Shown here in pieces: positions 18,648 through 30,945 of a DNA stretch of 37,307 nt; positions within the stretch are counted from its first letter, which is position 1, and every line of letters begins with the position of its first letter. The position numbers and the translations under genes are program-made. Source of the stretch: Candidatus Peregrinibacteria bacterium (GTDB taxonomy: Bacteria; Patescibacteriota; Gracilibacteria; UBA1369; LOWO2-01-FULL-3); assembly GCA_016235895.1 (NCBI GenBank), contig JACRIB010000014.1, positions 1-37,307 of the forward strand, written 5' to 3'. The notes beneath the pieces are model-generated. The model ran no database searches. It saw only the letters and a program-made list of their open reading frames with translations, and had not been told where the DNA came from.

Positions 18648-21600
18648 TTATTCAGAAAATCTGTTAAAAGTTTTGCGGTAATATTGATCGAGTGTGGCGA
18701 TATTGGTTTTTAAAATAATTTTTGAGGGGTTGTCGCCGTTGTTGGTTTTTATTACAAAATTTTGATTGTTGGTTGTTTTTCCGAGTAAGGCAAAGGGTAC
18801 ATTTGCAAAATGTTTTTCGAATTCGGCTTGGCGTTTGGGGTCGATGGTAACGACGAAGCGGGATTGGGATTCGGAGAAGAGTAGATGGTCGAGGCGTGTC
18901 GGCGGAAATTTGTTTTTTGTCGAAAAATTGGAGTTTAATAGGTTTGGGGCGTCCCGAGAATTCGAGTTAAAACCTGGAACTTTAGAGATGTCAATTTCCA
19001 TGCCCATCCGTCCTGCGATGGCTTTTTTGGCCAAAGTTATTCCTAGGCCACCAAATTGTGGGCTTAGTGCTGAGGAAATTAGGCGCTTCTCGACGGCGCT
19101 GCGGAAGGTGCGATAAAGTTTGATGGCGGATTTGGCGTCGACTTTTGGAACGGAGTTGCCGATGAAAGTCTCACCGGGGATAACTTTTGTGATAACTTTT
19201 GGCGCGTTCTCGGGAACGGATTTTGCCAAATCTTTTTGGTATTGAAAATATTCGCTCCCGCCCAGTTCGTCTTTAGTTTCTCCCAAAATATAAATTAAAT
19301 CGCCGGGAAATTTTGGATCGAGAGAAACGGCTAGGGTAAGGTCATCCAGCACGCCAAGTGAGGAAATTAAAAGTGTGGGGGAAACGGAAATTTTTACGGC
19401 TTTGCCTTGCGCGTCAAATCCTTTGAAGTCATTAAACATTGAATCTTTGCCGGAAATATATGGCGTGCCATAAGCAACTGCGTAGTCATAAACGGCTTCG
19501 CAAGCGGCTTTTAGCTGGCCTAATCTTTCCGGTTCATTCGAGCTGCACCAGCAGAAATTGTCCATCAAGGCCAGGTGATCAAGCGTGCCGCCGATGGCGA
19601 TCACATTGCGCACTGCCGTGTCGATGGCGCAAGCGGCCATGTGATAAGTGTCGATTTCGGAATAAATTGGATTCAAGCCCTGCGAACAAATTACACCGCG
19701 GGTGCTTTCCGGAAATGGCTTGGTGACTGAGGCAACGCCGTTTACGCGGCCGCGACCTTGCAGCGGTTTTATGATCGTGCCACCTTGTACGTTGTGGTCG
19801 TATTGAGTGCTGATGAATTCGTAGCTGCAGATGTTTGGGCGGGCGAGCACGTTGAGCAGAGTTTGAGTGAGGTCTGCGGGCTCTGGAAAATCCGGTTCCG
19901 GATTGCGTTTGTGATTTGGTAAATCTTCAATTCTTGTGTAAGTAGTTTTTAAAGATTTTCTTGGCAGACCTTCATGCAGAAAATCCATCGCCAGGTCCAT
20001 GATTTTTTCGTCATTAAATTTTACGACACATCTACCATCATCGGTAAATTCACCGATAACCGTCGATTCTACGTCGCGCTTGGCCATTAATTCTTCAAAT
20101 TCTGTCAGTTTTTCCGATGGAACGGCGAGGGTCATTCTTTCCTGTGATTCGCTGATCCAGATTTGCCAGGGCGAAAGGTTGGGATATTTCGTGGGAACTT
20201 TTTCGAGATTTACGAGGCATCCGCCGCATTCCTTAGCCATTTCTGGTACGGAACAGGAGATGCCGCCGGCGCCGTTATCGGTGATGCTATGGTAAAGTTC
20301 GCGATCACGAGCTTCTTTTACGATTGCGTCGGAGAATTTTTTCTGGGTAATCGGGTCGCCGATTTGTACGGCTGTTGCGGGACTTCCTGAGCTCAAAGCT
20401 TCCGAGGAAAATGTCGCGCCGTGAATTCCGTCCATGCCCACGCGTCCGCCGATTACTACGATTTTATCACCTTTTTCGGCTTTCTTTTCCCAACTGTTTT
20501 TGCCGTTAATTTTTCGCGGAATGAGTCCTATTGTTCCCACAAAAATCAGTGGTTTGCCCTTGTATCCATCATGAAAATAAACAAAACCTTGCGGGGTCGG
20601 GATGCCGCTGCAATTGCCGCCGGCGTTGACTCCTTCGATCACGCCTTCGAGAATTCTGTGAGGGGGGAGAGCGGCATTGGTGAGCTTGGCGTCGCGATAA
20701 ATAGGTTCCTTGTCAAAAGGGTTGCCAACACAAAAACCATATTTATTGATGATCGGTTTGGCACCTTTGCCAAAGCCGAGGCAGTCGCGATTTACGCCGA
20801 TGATTCCGGTGATCGCGCCGCCGAATGGATCGAGGGCGGAAGGGCTGTTGTGGGTTTCGGCTTTGTCGGTAATTATCCAGTTTTCATCGAAAATAATTCC
20901 GCCGGCATTGTCGGAGAAAACTGACATACAAAAGTCTCCTTTTGTAGGTTCAGGCTTAGCTCGGCCTGGCAGAGCCAGATCCTCGCTTTCGCCTTCGCGC
21001 TCGGACCGTGTCCTCGCTTTTGCTTTTCTAATATCGTTAGTCGCTTTCTTGATATAGCCTTTATATAACCCTTGCTCGTTTTGTAAAGCTCGCTCCTGCT
21101 CACGACCGGCTAAACCAGATCGTTCGCCGTCGCTGCGCACTCGCGCTGTGCGCTCGTTATCATCAATTTTTGCGGCGAAGATGGTATGCTTGCAATGTTC
21201 GGACCAGGTTTGAGCGAGAGATTCCAGTTCGATGTCGGTGGGTGGGCGATCTTCTTTTGCAAAATATTTTTTTATGACTTCAAGCGAATCTTTTTCCAGC
21301 GCTAGCGGTCCGCGACGTGTACCGTCTTTGTTTGGAATACCTTCTTTACCTAATTTTAATAATTCTTCTTCGGAAATACTTAAATCCACTTTGTCGACTT
21401 CCGGCTTGCTGCTGAGGTGAACGAGAGGGACGGTGGTGTCCATGCCGTTATCAGCGGCGAATTTCTCGTGACTCTTTATCGTAATGCGTTGGATTAAACT
21501 GTTGGCTAAATTGTCACCGATTTTTTCGACATCTTTTTCAGAGAGCTCGCCTTTAATAAAAATCAGCATCGAGCTATGCACGCTTTCTTCTGCGCTAAAT

Positions 21601-21920
21601 TTTAGTTTGAAAAAGTCTTCAATCGTTTCACGAGCTGTGGTGGCGATATTATCGGTCACGCCGGGCAGAAAGCCGATTTCCAGGGCGAAATTAAAGGAAA
21701 TTTCCTTTTGCGCTTCGTCAATTCCGTATTTTTGACTCACCGGATTTGAGAGCATTTCGGCGATTTCTTTGAGTTCTGATTTTTTGAAATCTTTGTTAAT
21801 GACGTAAACTTCGACAACAGTAGCGGAAGATATATTAAATCCACAAGACTGCAGCTTTTTGGCCATTACTTGAGATTTGCTGTCGTTAACCTTGGTGAAA
21901 ATTTCGATGCGATGCGCCAT
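18648..21920 (-). CDS. purL: Phosphoribosylformylglycinamidine synthase PurL with N-terminal PurS-like region; carries in-frame inserts
   Basis: LPGVTDN, QTWSEHCKH, KAETHNSPS, DGIHGATFSS, DNGAGG, SESQERM, QYDH, ISGKDS. Confidence 0.95.
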   Translation of the reverse strand: MAHRIEIFTKVNDSKSQVMAKKLQSCGFNISSATVVEVYVINKDFKKSELKEIAEMLSNPVSQKYGIDEAQKEISFNFALEIGFLPGVTDNIATTARETIEDFFKLKFSAEESVHSSMLIFIKGELSEKDVEKIGDNLANSLIQRITIKSHEKFAADNGMDTTVPLVHLSSKPEVDKVDLSISEEELLKLGKEGIPNKDGTRRGPLALEKDSLEVIKKYFAKEDRPPTDIELESLAQTWSEHCKHTIFAAKIDDNERTARVRSDGERSGLAGREQERALQNEQGLYKGYIKKATNDIRKAKARTRSEREGESEDLALPGRAKPEPTKGDFCMSVFSDNAGGIIFDENWIITDKAETHNSPSALDPFGGAITGIIGVNRDCLGFGKGAKPIINKYGFCVGNPFDKEPIYRDAKLTNAALPPHRILEGVIEGVNAGGNCSGIPTPQGFVYFHDGYKGKPLIFVGTIGLIPRKINGKNSWEKKAEKGDKIVVIGGRVGMDGIHGATFSSEALSSGSPATAVQIGDPITQKKFSDAIVKEARDRELYHSITDNGAGGISCSVPEMAKECGGCLVNLEKVPTKYPNLSPWQIWISESQERMTLAVPSEKLTEFEELMAKRDVESTVIGEFTDDGRCVVKFNDEKIMDLAMDFLHEGLPRKSLKTTYTRIEDLPNHKRNPEPDFPEPADLTQTLLNVLARPNICSYEFISTQYDHNVQGGTIIKPLQGRGRVNGVASVTKPFPESTRGVICSQGLNPIYSEIDTYHMAACAIDTAVRNVIAIGGTLDHLALMDNFCWCSSNEPERLGQLKAACEAVYDYAVAYGTPYISGKDSMFNDFKGFDAQGKAVKISVSPTLLISSLGVLDDLTLAVSLDPKFPGDLIYILGETKDELGGSEYFQYQKDLAKSVPENAPKVITKVIPGETFIGNSVPKVDAKSAIKLYRTFRSAVEKRLISSALSPQFGGLGITLAKKAIAGRMGMEIDISKVPGFNSNSRDAPNLLNSNFSTKNKFPPTRLDHLLFSESQSRFVVTIDPKRQAEFEKHFANVPFALLGKTTNNQNFVIKTNNGDNPSKIILKTNIATLDQYYRKTFNRFSE
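20939..21022 (-). mobile_element. In-frame structured mini-element copy A (78 nt) in purL
   Basis: Direct repeats CTTTTG at 20939-20944 and 21017-21022 (78 nt apart); shares CTGGCAGAGCCAGATCCTC with the galU copy; encodes ARTRSEREGESEDLALPGRAKPEPT. Confidence 0.85.
21074..21158 (-). mobile_element. In-frame structured mini-element copy B (78 nt) in purL
   Basis: Direct repeats GCTCGTT at 21074-21080 and 21152-21158; same hairpin layout and TACAAAA end as copies A and C; encodes RTARVRSDGERSGLAGREQERALQNE. Confidence 0.82.
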
Positions 21921-21926
21921 GTTTGA

Positions 21927-21955
21927 AAGATAACATTTTTAAAAAATGCTGGCAA
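21927..21955 (-). promoter_or_regulatory. Probable leaderless promoter of purL
   Basis: TTGCCA, 17 nt, TATCTT (TGn extended), 6 nt, ATG. Confidence 0.6.
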
Positions 21956-22011
21956 TAAAAACAAAAATATTCTAAAATGCGCTTCGCAATACTTTTTAAT
22001 CTAATAAATAT

Positions 22012-22566
22012 ATGAAAAAAGCTCTTCCCATCCTTTTAACGGCAATGATTTTGGTTGGTTGTTCCTCTCCTACAGTCATGAATGGTGACAAAAAAGTTCC
22101 TCTGGAATCTTATAATGGCGCGAATTTCAGTTTTAAATATCCGGGGGATTTAACTTTGACCAGCAATACCAATATGGTGGCCGGTTTTGGCGCCAGTCTT
22201 AGTGGGGTTGAGGGTTATCAGCCCGCGACAAACTTGAGCTCGGCCAGTATTCAAATAGCCAGTGATGATAGCGCGGCGATGTGTGAAGATGTCAATATTC
22301 AGGCTTTTGGTGGAAAACAGGGTAATCCGAGCACTGTCAGTATTGCCGGTACGGATTTCAAAAAACAGTTTTATCAGGATGCCGGTGCAGGGCAACGTGA
22401 GGATTCGATTGTTTATACTGCCGTGAATAACAAAAAATGCTACAAAATGGCTTTGGTAATGCAATATTCCGTTGTTGAAAATAGCGATGGTAAATTAAAG
22501 AAATTTGATCAACTAAAGCTGGAAAAAGTTTTTCAGGTTGTGGCCGATAGTTTTATATTTAACTAG
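22012..22566 (+). CDS. Lipoprotein (possibly PsbP-like fold)
   Basis: Lipobox LVGC; FSFKYP motif; C-terminal VADSFIF. Confidence 0.7.
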   Translation: MKKALPILLTAMILVGCSSPTVMNGDKKVPLESYNGANFSFKYPGDLTLTSNTNMVAGFGASLSGVEGYQPATNLSSASIQIASDDSAAMCEDVNIQAFGGKQGNPSTVSIAGTDFKKQFYQDAGAGQREDSIVYTAVNNKKCYKMALVMQYSVVENSDGKLKKFDQLKLEKVFQVVADSFIFN

Positions 22567-22575
22567 GATTGTCGC

Positions 22576-24204
22576 CTATTTCTTGAAATCTTTCATGTCA
22601 CTGTTTGAGATGGAAGTTTTCGCTCCATCCTCATTTTTGCCTGTGGAACTGGCGATGATGGTATAGGACATGTCTGATTCGAAGGAAATTAGCGCGTCGG
22701 ATTTTAGTGTTATTTGGCCGTCTTTGACTTCTACCGTGGCATTATTGGATGGAGTTTCACCACCGGCGTTTTTAATGGTGAAAGTATTGCCGCTGCGATT
22801 CAATTTATAATTTATTTCGTCCAAACAAGGATTTATGCTATTATTGCCGTAATTTTTGCACATGGTAGCGGAAACTTCGTAGCTGTCGGCGCCAACATCT
22901 TTAAAGGTGACATTAAATTTGCTGCCCTGCGTGGTCGCGTCTTTGGCCGGAGCGGTGATTTCCGGCTGATTTAACGGCTTTGGAATTGGTACGGTGATTT
23001 TTTTGGCTATGTAGCTGTCGTCTTCGAAAGTGATTTTTAAAAGATAGTCTTTGGATGGAAGTTTGAGTTCGTCATTGGTAAGGGTGTCGCTGCAGCGATG
23101 AGGAAAACGCGGGCGGTCACACATTGAACCGGTTTGGCTTTTGGGGTCGGTGTCCTTGAGATCTGTAAGGTACATTAATCTTGGTTGTAGAGCTGGCGGA
23201 AGGTCTACGGTAAGCGGCATTTCGATGGCGTATTTTTTGTTTTCTTTCAACTTCAGATCCGGCCTTTCCAAGTAAACGTCAAATTCAAAAGTATTGCCTT
23301 CCGGGTAACTGGTGTTGGTGCCGTTGGCGCTGGTCAATAAAATTTGATCGAGTTGAAAATTTGCTTTGGCGTCTTTTAGCACTAATGCATCAGGTTTGTA
23401 GAAAGTGTAAGATTGCTGTTCTTGTTCGTAAAAAGCTTTTTTATCCGATGAGTAATAGTAGTCTTCGCCATTATCTTTTATCGCTTTCATTCGATAGAGC
23501 ATTTCTGCTACTTCTTTGCGGGACATGGAGTCGTTTGGCAGAAATTCGTAGTAGTAAGGGCCTTTTTCTTCCGCTTTGGAAATATCAATGTGTTTTGTGC
23601 CAACGGTGTTGGTTTTCAGCGCATATTCCAGATATTTGTAGAACCAAAGTTTCGAATCTTGAGTATCTGCAGGCATGCCTTCTATGCCTTGAAATTTCCA
23701 TTTTTTTTCGGGAATGTCATTATTTGTAAACTCTATTGAGGCCATTTTTATGGCTTCGGCACGTTTGACACAAACGTCGGGGCGGAATTTTCCGTCTTTG
23801 TAACCTTCGATGGTTTTGTGCTCGCGGGCGGTGCGGATGTAGGGCGCATACCACTCGGAATCGGGTGTGTCCGGAAATAATTCAGCGGTGGATTTGCCGG
23901 AGTCTACTGAAAGAGTTTTAAAAAGCATTTTCAGAAACTCGGCACGATTTACGCATTTGTCAGGTTTAAACGTGCCATCTTCGTAGCCGTTGATGACCTG
24001 ATTTTGTTGCATCCAGAGGATGGAATTTTGGTAGTTGGTTTGATCGTTGACATCTGAAAAATCGGCAAAAGCCGGGAAAATTTGCGAGAAAATTAGAACA
24101 ACTGCAACTGCGAGTGGAGCAAGAAATTTTGAGGAAAATTTCATAGAACTGTCAAAATATTTACCCTCGTTGGCTTTATGAATTAATCTGTTTTCTGTAA
24201 ACAT
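22576..24204 (-). CDS. SLH-domain surface protein
   Basis: Signal peptide from alternative start 24144 (MKFSS...AFA), SLH repeats (INGYEDGTFKPDKCVNRAE; IEGYKDGKFRP), beta-rich C-terminus. Confidence 0.85.
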   Translation of the reverse strand: MFTENRLIHKANEGKYFDSSMKFSSKFLAPLAVAVVLIFSQIFPAFADFSDVNDQTNYQNSILWMQQNQVINGYEDGTFKPDKCVNRAEFLKMLFKTLSVDSGKSTAELFPDTPDSEWYAPYIRTAREHKTIEGYKDGKFRPDVCVKRAEAIKMASIEFTNNDIPEKKWKFQGIEGMPADTQDSKLWFYKYLEYALKTNTVGTKHIDISKAEEKGPYYYEFLPNDSMSRKEVAEMLYRMKAIKDNGEDYYYSSDKKAFYEQEQQSYTFYKPDALVLKDAKANFQLDQILLTSANGTNTSYPEGNTFEFDVYLERPDLKLKENKKYAIEMPLTVDLPPALQPRLMYLTDLKDTDPKSQTGSMCDRPRFPHRCSDTLTNDELKLPSKDYLLKITFEDDSYIAKKITVPIPKPLNQPEITAPAKDATTQGSKFNVTFKDVGADSYEVSATMCKNYGNNSINPCLDEINYKLNRSGNTFTIKNAGGETPSNNATVEVKDGQITLKSDALISFESDMSYTIIASSTGKNEDGAKTSISNSDMKDFKK

Positions 24205-24285
24205 GGTGGCATAATTAAATTATGGGGCTTAGGTTAGCATCAAGAAAAGATCTATGTCAAAGGTTTTCGCTTCGCTCAAGTGCTG

Positions 24286-27078
<2,793 letters not shown>

Positions 27079-27084
27079 GAGTCA

Positions 27085-27113
27085 ATTATCAATTTAAAAT
27101 GTATAATTTGCAA
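27085..27113 (-). promoter_or_regulatory. Probable leaderless promoter of secA
   Basis: TTGCAA, 17 nt, GATAAT, 6 nt, ATG. Confidence 0.55.
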
Positions 27114-27183
27114 TTTTCATAGCGAAAAATTTTCGCAGCGCGGTGATTTTAACATTTATTTGGCTCAAAGGTGATGTTTGTGG

Positions 27184-27211
27184 TTGACAATGTCTGGAAA
27201 GTTGTTAGAAT
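27184..27211 (+). promoter_or_regulatory. Promoter of the 27243 gene
   Basis: TTGACA, 16 nt, TG-n-TAGAAT. Confidence 0.6.
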
Positions 27212-27242
27212 CGCTGCCTGTAGTTTTTAAAACAATAAATTT

Positions 27243-27740
27243 ATGGCAGAATTCGAAGGTTTAGATGGCGAGGAATTTACTACCGATAGGGTATATGTAT
27301 GTCCCGATGATGGTCAGGATTTTGATCCGCAGCGTATTGGTTTTGGTAAGGCTCGGAGACCTTCTAAAGACAAACTTGTTAATGATGATTTACCGGGTGA
27401 TTATTTTGTAGATTTTCATTCTATCGATGACGGCACTGTAGCTGTTAGGGCTGATGTTTGTGACCTTTTCGATGGTCATTTTGCTCATGATCCCTCTGTT
27501 GTTATGCGTGAAAGTGAAGTTCGTGCCAGAGTTTCTGGAGTTTCTGATGATTTACTTGATGCCGATTCTTTTCATGTTGTGGGTGATGGTCATTTTAGGC
27601 AATCACGGCAGTCTACGCATATTCAGGGAACTGTAAAAACTTTTGATGAACTTCTTGAGCGCACTTTGGGTCAATCTATGCGTCGCAGACCGGCTTCTGT
27701 TACTTCTCGAGGGACGTTTGATACGCAGGTTCGCCGCTGA
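27243..27740 (+). CDS. Acidic hypothetical protein, possibly frameshifted and continuing to 27861
   Basis: 165-aa Asp-rich ORF with its own promoter; +1 frame ORF with the same codon style continues past the TGA. Confidence 0.6.
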   Translation: MAEFEGLDGEEFTTDRVYVCPDDGQDFDPQRIGFGKARRPSKDKLVNDDLPGDYFVDFHSIDDGTVAVRADVCDLFDGHFAHDPSVVMRESEVRARVSGVSDDLLDADSFHVVGDGHFRQSRQSTHIQGTVKTFDELLERTLGQSMRRRPASVTSRGTFDTQVRR

Positions 27741-27869
27741 GGCCGCAGGATTGGGTAAGCCGGATTATCAGAGTAGTCCTGTTGCCGATGAAAAGAAGGT
27801 AGAGGAACAGTCTGTTCTTGATAAGGCTTTTGACAGAAGTGCGTTTTGCACTAGTGATTAATTCTGTGC

Positions 27870-29306
27870 TTACTCCTTGTACCCTTTCGCGATCACGCCC
27901 AGCGTGCCGAGGATAATTTTGAGGTCGCCGAGGATGGACCAGTTTTCGATGTAGAAGCGGTCGAGTTTGGCTTCGGCGTCGAAGTTTAGGTCGGAGCGGC
28001 CGTTTACTTGGGCGAGGCCGGTTAAGCCGGGTTTGATGTTGAAAACGAAGTGGTGTTGTTTTTGATATTTGGCTACCTCTTCAGGTAAATGCGGTCTCGG
28101 GCCCACGAGACTCATGTTGCCTATGAGAACGTTCCAGAGTTGTGGCAATTCGTCGATGGAATAACGGCGGATGAATTTGCCGATGTGGGTGACGCGCGGG
28201 TCGTTAGCTATTTTCATTAGCGGGCCGTCTTTGCGGAGGTTTTTGTTTTCCAAATTTTTACGGAGGTGATGGGTATTATTAAACATCGAGCGGAATTTGT
28301 AACAGGTGAAAAGTTTTTCCTTTTGGCCCACGCGGCGCGCGGGGGAGCCATCTTCCAGTTTGCTGAAAAAAATTGGGCCTTTGGAATCGAGCTTGATGGC
28401 GATGGCGGTGAGCAAGAAAATTGGCGAAAGAATTATGAGGCCGAGGGTGGCACCGACGATGTCGAGAATTCTTTTACCTACTTTGCCCCAGCCGTCGAGT
28501 GGAGTGGGTTTGAGATTAATAATCGGGATGCTGCCGATGGTTTCTATTTCCACGTTGGTACGGCGCACGTCCAAAAGATCGGGGATAAAACGATAATTTA
28601 TTTGATTCAGTTCACAAAATTCCAGGATGTTTTGATCTTGAGCTTCGTTAGCATCGGACTTTGTTTGAATAATTTCATCGATTTTAATTTTTTTGAGAAT
28701 TGTTTCAAGGTCGGAGAGATTACCAAGATGTTTTATCGGGCCTTCCGGAGTTTTGTCGCCAATCAGTCCGAGAATTTTGTAACTGGCGTTTTTGTCTAAT
28801 TCCAGGCCAATTTCCTGGGTCACGGTGTTGTTGCCAATAAAGACTAAACGGCGCTGACCGATGCCGATGTGGAGGAATCCTTTTTGAATTAAGCGGATGA
28901 TGGCGCGGCCCAGAATTGTAAAAAGCAAGGCGAGAGCCCAGCTGTAAGCCATCGCCAAGCGGGAAAAGGGAAAAATCCTGGCAAAGAAAAAATAAGTGAT
29001 AATTGCCGTAGCCCAGATGATGCAGAGTAAAATGTTTTGTCGCACTTCTTTGGAAAATTTTGCTGTCGTTTTTAGCGAATACATCTCTCCGAAAGCAAAA
29101 ATTACGATGAGGGCAAGCGCCGCTTTTATGCTAAAAATTAAATATTGCGGGAGGGTCGGGAGCACGGAAAAATCGATGGCTTTGGAGATGCCATTGATGG
29201 GTTCGGTAATTAGGCGAAGCTTGTAAGCTACCACGAAAGCGAGGACGGTCATCAGAAAATCGGTGGGAATTTTCAGCAGACCGAAAAATATTTCAAAACG
29301 CTTCAT
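27870..29306 (-). CDS. Polyprenyl-phosphate hexose-1-phosphate transferase (WcaJ/CpsE-like)
   Basis: N-terminal TMs, [57 protein letters not shown]. Confidence 0.93.
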   Translation of the reverse strand: MKRFEIFFGLLKIPTDFLMTVLAFVVAYKLRLITEPINGISKAIDFSVLPTLPQYLIFSIKAALALIVIFAFGEMYSLKTTAKFSKEVRQNILLCIIWATAIITYFFFARIFPFSRLAMAYSWALALLFTILGRAIIRLIQKGFLHIGIGQRRLVFIGNNTVTQEIGLELDKNASYKILGLIGDKTPEGPIKHLGNLSDLETILKKIKIDEIIQTKSDANEAQDQNILEFCELNQINYRFIPDLLDVRRTNVEIETIGSIPIINLKPTPLDGWGKVGKRILDIVGATLGLIILSPIFLLTAIAIKLDSKGPIFFSKLEDGSPARRVGQKEKLFTCYKFRSMFNNTHHLRKNLENKNLRKDGPLMKIANDPRVTHIGKFIRRYSIDELPQLWNVLIGNMSLVGPRPHLPEEVAKYQKQHHFVFNIKPGLTGLAQVNGRSDLNFDAEAKLDRFYIENWSILGDLKIILGTLGVIAKGYKE

Positions 29307-29331
29307 GGGGTGGATTTTTCAATTGGCTCCT

Positions 29332-29771
29332 AAATGAATCTTCATAAGCCGAGTTTTGTAGGTCTGATTGGTTTTTGATGCCAGCCAAATCTTGTGATCA
29401 TCTATCTTTTGGTTGTTTGGAGATCCTTTAGTTTTTTGGCTTTAGGATCACGTTTGCAACTCGTTGCAGTGAGAAAGTTTTATTCATTTGGGAGAACAAA
29501 AACTTTTCCATCTCACCTTGCACCTCGTAGGGTTTACCAACTTCCCGACGAAATGTCGGGGTTTCCCGCTGAACGGGACTTTTCACCTTTCACCCCACCT
29601 TGCGGCGGGACTAGTATTGTCTCTGTGGCACTTTCCCTCAAAGGTTTTTTTCTTGCGAATTATGGCCTTTGCGGCGCGCTGTTAGCGGCTACGATTTCCC
29701 GTGGTGTCCGGACTTTCCTCTCTGATAATGGCTTTTGCAAGCCTAATCAAAGCGATCACTCCAACTCATTT
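29332..29771 (-). ncRNA. rnpB: RNase P RNA
   Basis: GAGGAAAGTCC (29720-29710), AGTGCCACAGA (29632-29622), GGTAAACCC (29538-29530), ACAAAACTCGGCTTA (29359-29345), complementary P1 ends; boundaries approximate. Confidence 0.93.
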
Positions 29772-29783
29772 AAGAGCGGGGTT

Positions 29784-29811
29784 ATTATAATAGATATGCG
29801 GAAAAATGCAA
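29784..29811 (-). promoter_or_regulatory. Promoter of rnpB
   Basis: TTGCAT, 16 nt, TATAAT, then a C-rich discriminator-like sequence. Confidence 0.65.
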
Positions 29812-29821
29812 TCCGGCTTGT

Positions 29822-30730
29822 TTATTTCTTTAGCGCTACTTCCAGGATTTGTGCGTCTTTAAAACCTGCGCTCAATTTTAAATATTTTTTGTAATCTTTG
29901 CCACATTCATTGAGGGCTTTTTCGGGAACGAGGCCTATTACTTCGCTTTCCAGGATTTCGACCCCTTCTTTTTTGGCCTCTTTTTTGATCAAATCGTAGA
30001 CCTTTTTGATGCCGGTTTCTTTATAATTTATCAGATTCATGGAAACTTGGACGATGCCACGATTGGCCAGTTCCAATCCCAGAGCCTTGATGGAGGGTAG
30101 GCCACCATTACTGAAGCGGATTTTGCGGGCGATTTCACGGGCCAGAAAAATGTCATTGCTGGCGAGATTTACGTTGTAGGCAATGAGAATTTCGCGCACG
30201 CCGATGGCTATGGCGCCGGCGGACCCGAGTTTTTCAGGACCATAATCCGGCTTTCTTTCGGGGTTCGTGCCTATTTCATCTTTTAATTTTTCATAACCCA
30301 AATTGCGGACCTCGCTGAGGTTTTCGCGTTCCGGTTTGCTCGCGGCTTTTTCATACAGATAAACGGGAATTTTTAGATCTTTGGCGATTTTGGCGCTGAG
30401 TTTTTTGGCTAATTCCAGACAATCTTTGATGTTAGCATTTTTTAGAGGGACGAGAGGCAGAACATCGGTAGCGCCGATGCGTGGATGTACACCTGTGTGC
30501 TCATTGACATTTATCAATTTGGCTGCGGTTTTTACAGCTTCGAAGGCAGCCTTAAAGACAGCTTTTGGCTCACCGGCAAAGGTGATCACGGTGCGGTTGT
30601 GATTGTGATCGCTGGTGACATGGAGAATGTGGATTCCTTTGATTTTGCTGATTGCATCACGGATTTTTTGAATTTTCTTGGGGTCGCGTCCTTCGCTGAA
30701 ATTCGGAATACATTCTATTAACTTTGCCAT
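29822..30730 (-). CDS. Glutamate formiminotransferase
   Basis: IECIPNFSEGR, DHNHNRTV, HTGVHPRIGATDV, LIAYNVNL, VQVSMNL, SEVIGLVP. Confidence 0.93.
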   Translation of the reverse strand: MAKLIECIPNFSEGRDPKKIQKIRDAISKIKGIHILHVTSDHNHNRTVITFAGEPKAVFKAAFEAVKTAAKLINVNEHTGVHPRIGATDVLPLVPLKNANIKDCLELAKKLSAKIAKDLKIPVYLYEKAASKPERENLSEVRNLGYEKLKDEIGTNPERKPDYGPEKLGSAGAIAIGVREILIAYNVNLASNDIFLAREIARKIRFSNGGLPSIKALGLELANRGIVQVSMNLINYKETGIKKVYDLIKKEAKKEGVEILESEVIGLVPEKALNECGKDYKKYLKLSAGFKDAQILEVALKK

Positions 30731-30827
30731 AGGCCTACTTTATAGGCTAAATTTGAAAAGTTGCAAGGGAATGATGGAATGGGAGTTTTCGTTAATTTTG
30801 GTTGCGGATTTCGGAAATTGTTGTAGA

Positions 30828-30888
30828 AAAGTGTGCGCGCGCAGACTTTTTTGGTCATCTTGTGGCTCAAATAAGCCATTTTGTATTT
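30828..30888. repeat. 61-bp double-hairpin direct repeat, left copy
   Basis: AAAGTGTGCGCGCGCAGACTTT...TGGCTCAAATAAGCCATTTTGTATTT; 45/61 ungapped identity by hand count to 31349-31409. Confidence 0.75.
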
Positions 30889-30945
30889 CGCCTGTGGTTT
30901 GAGTTTTTGTTTGTAAGTTGGTGGTTATTATAATAGATTTGTATT

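Noticed and set aside
20939-21158. Inteins or self-splicing introns in purL
   Set aside because: Inserts are only 26 codons, with no C/S...HN intein termini and far too short for group I/II cores; removal at RNA level is not excluded but has no support.
29394-29894. 166-aa plus-strand ORF
   Set aside because: It is antisense to RNase P RNA and has no protein motifs.
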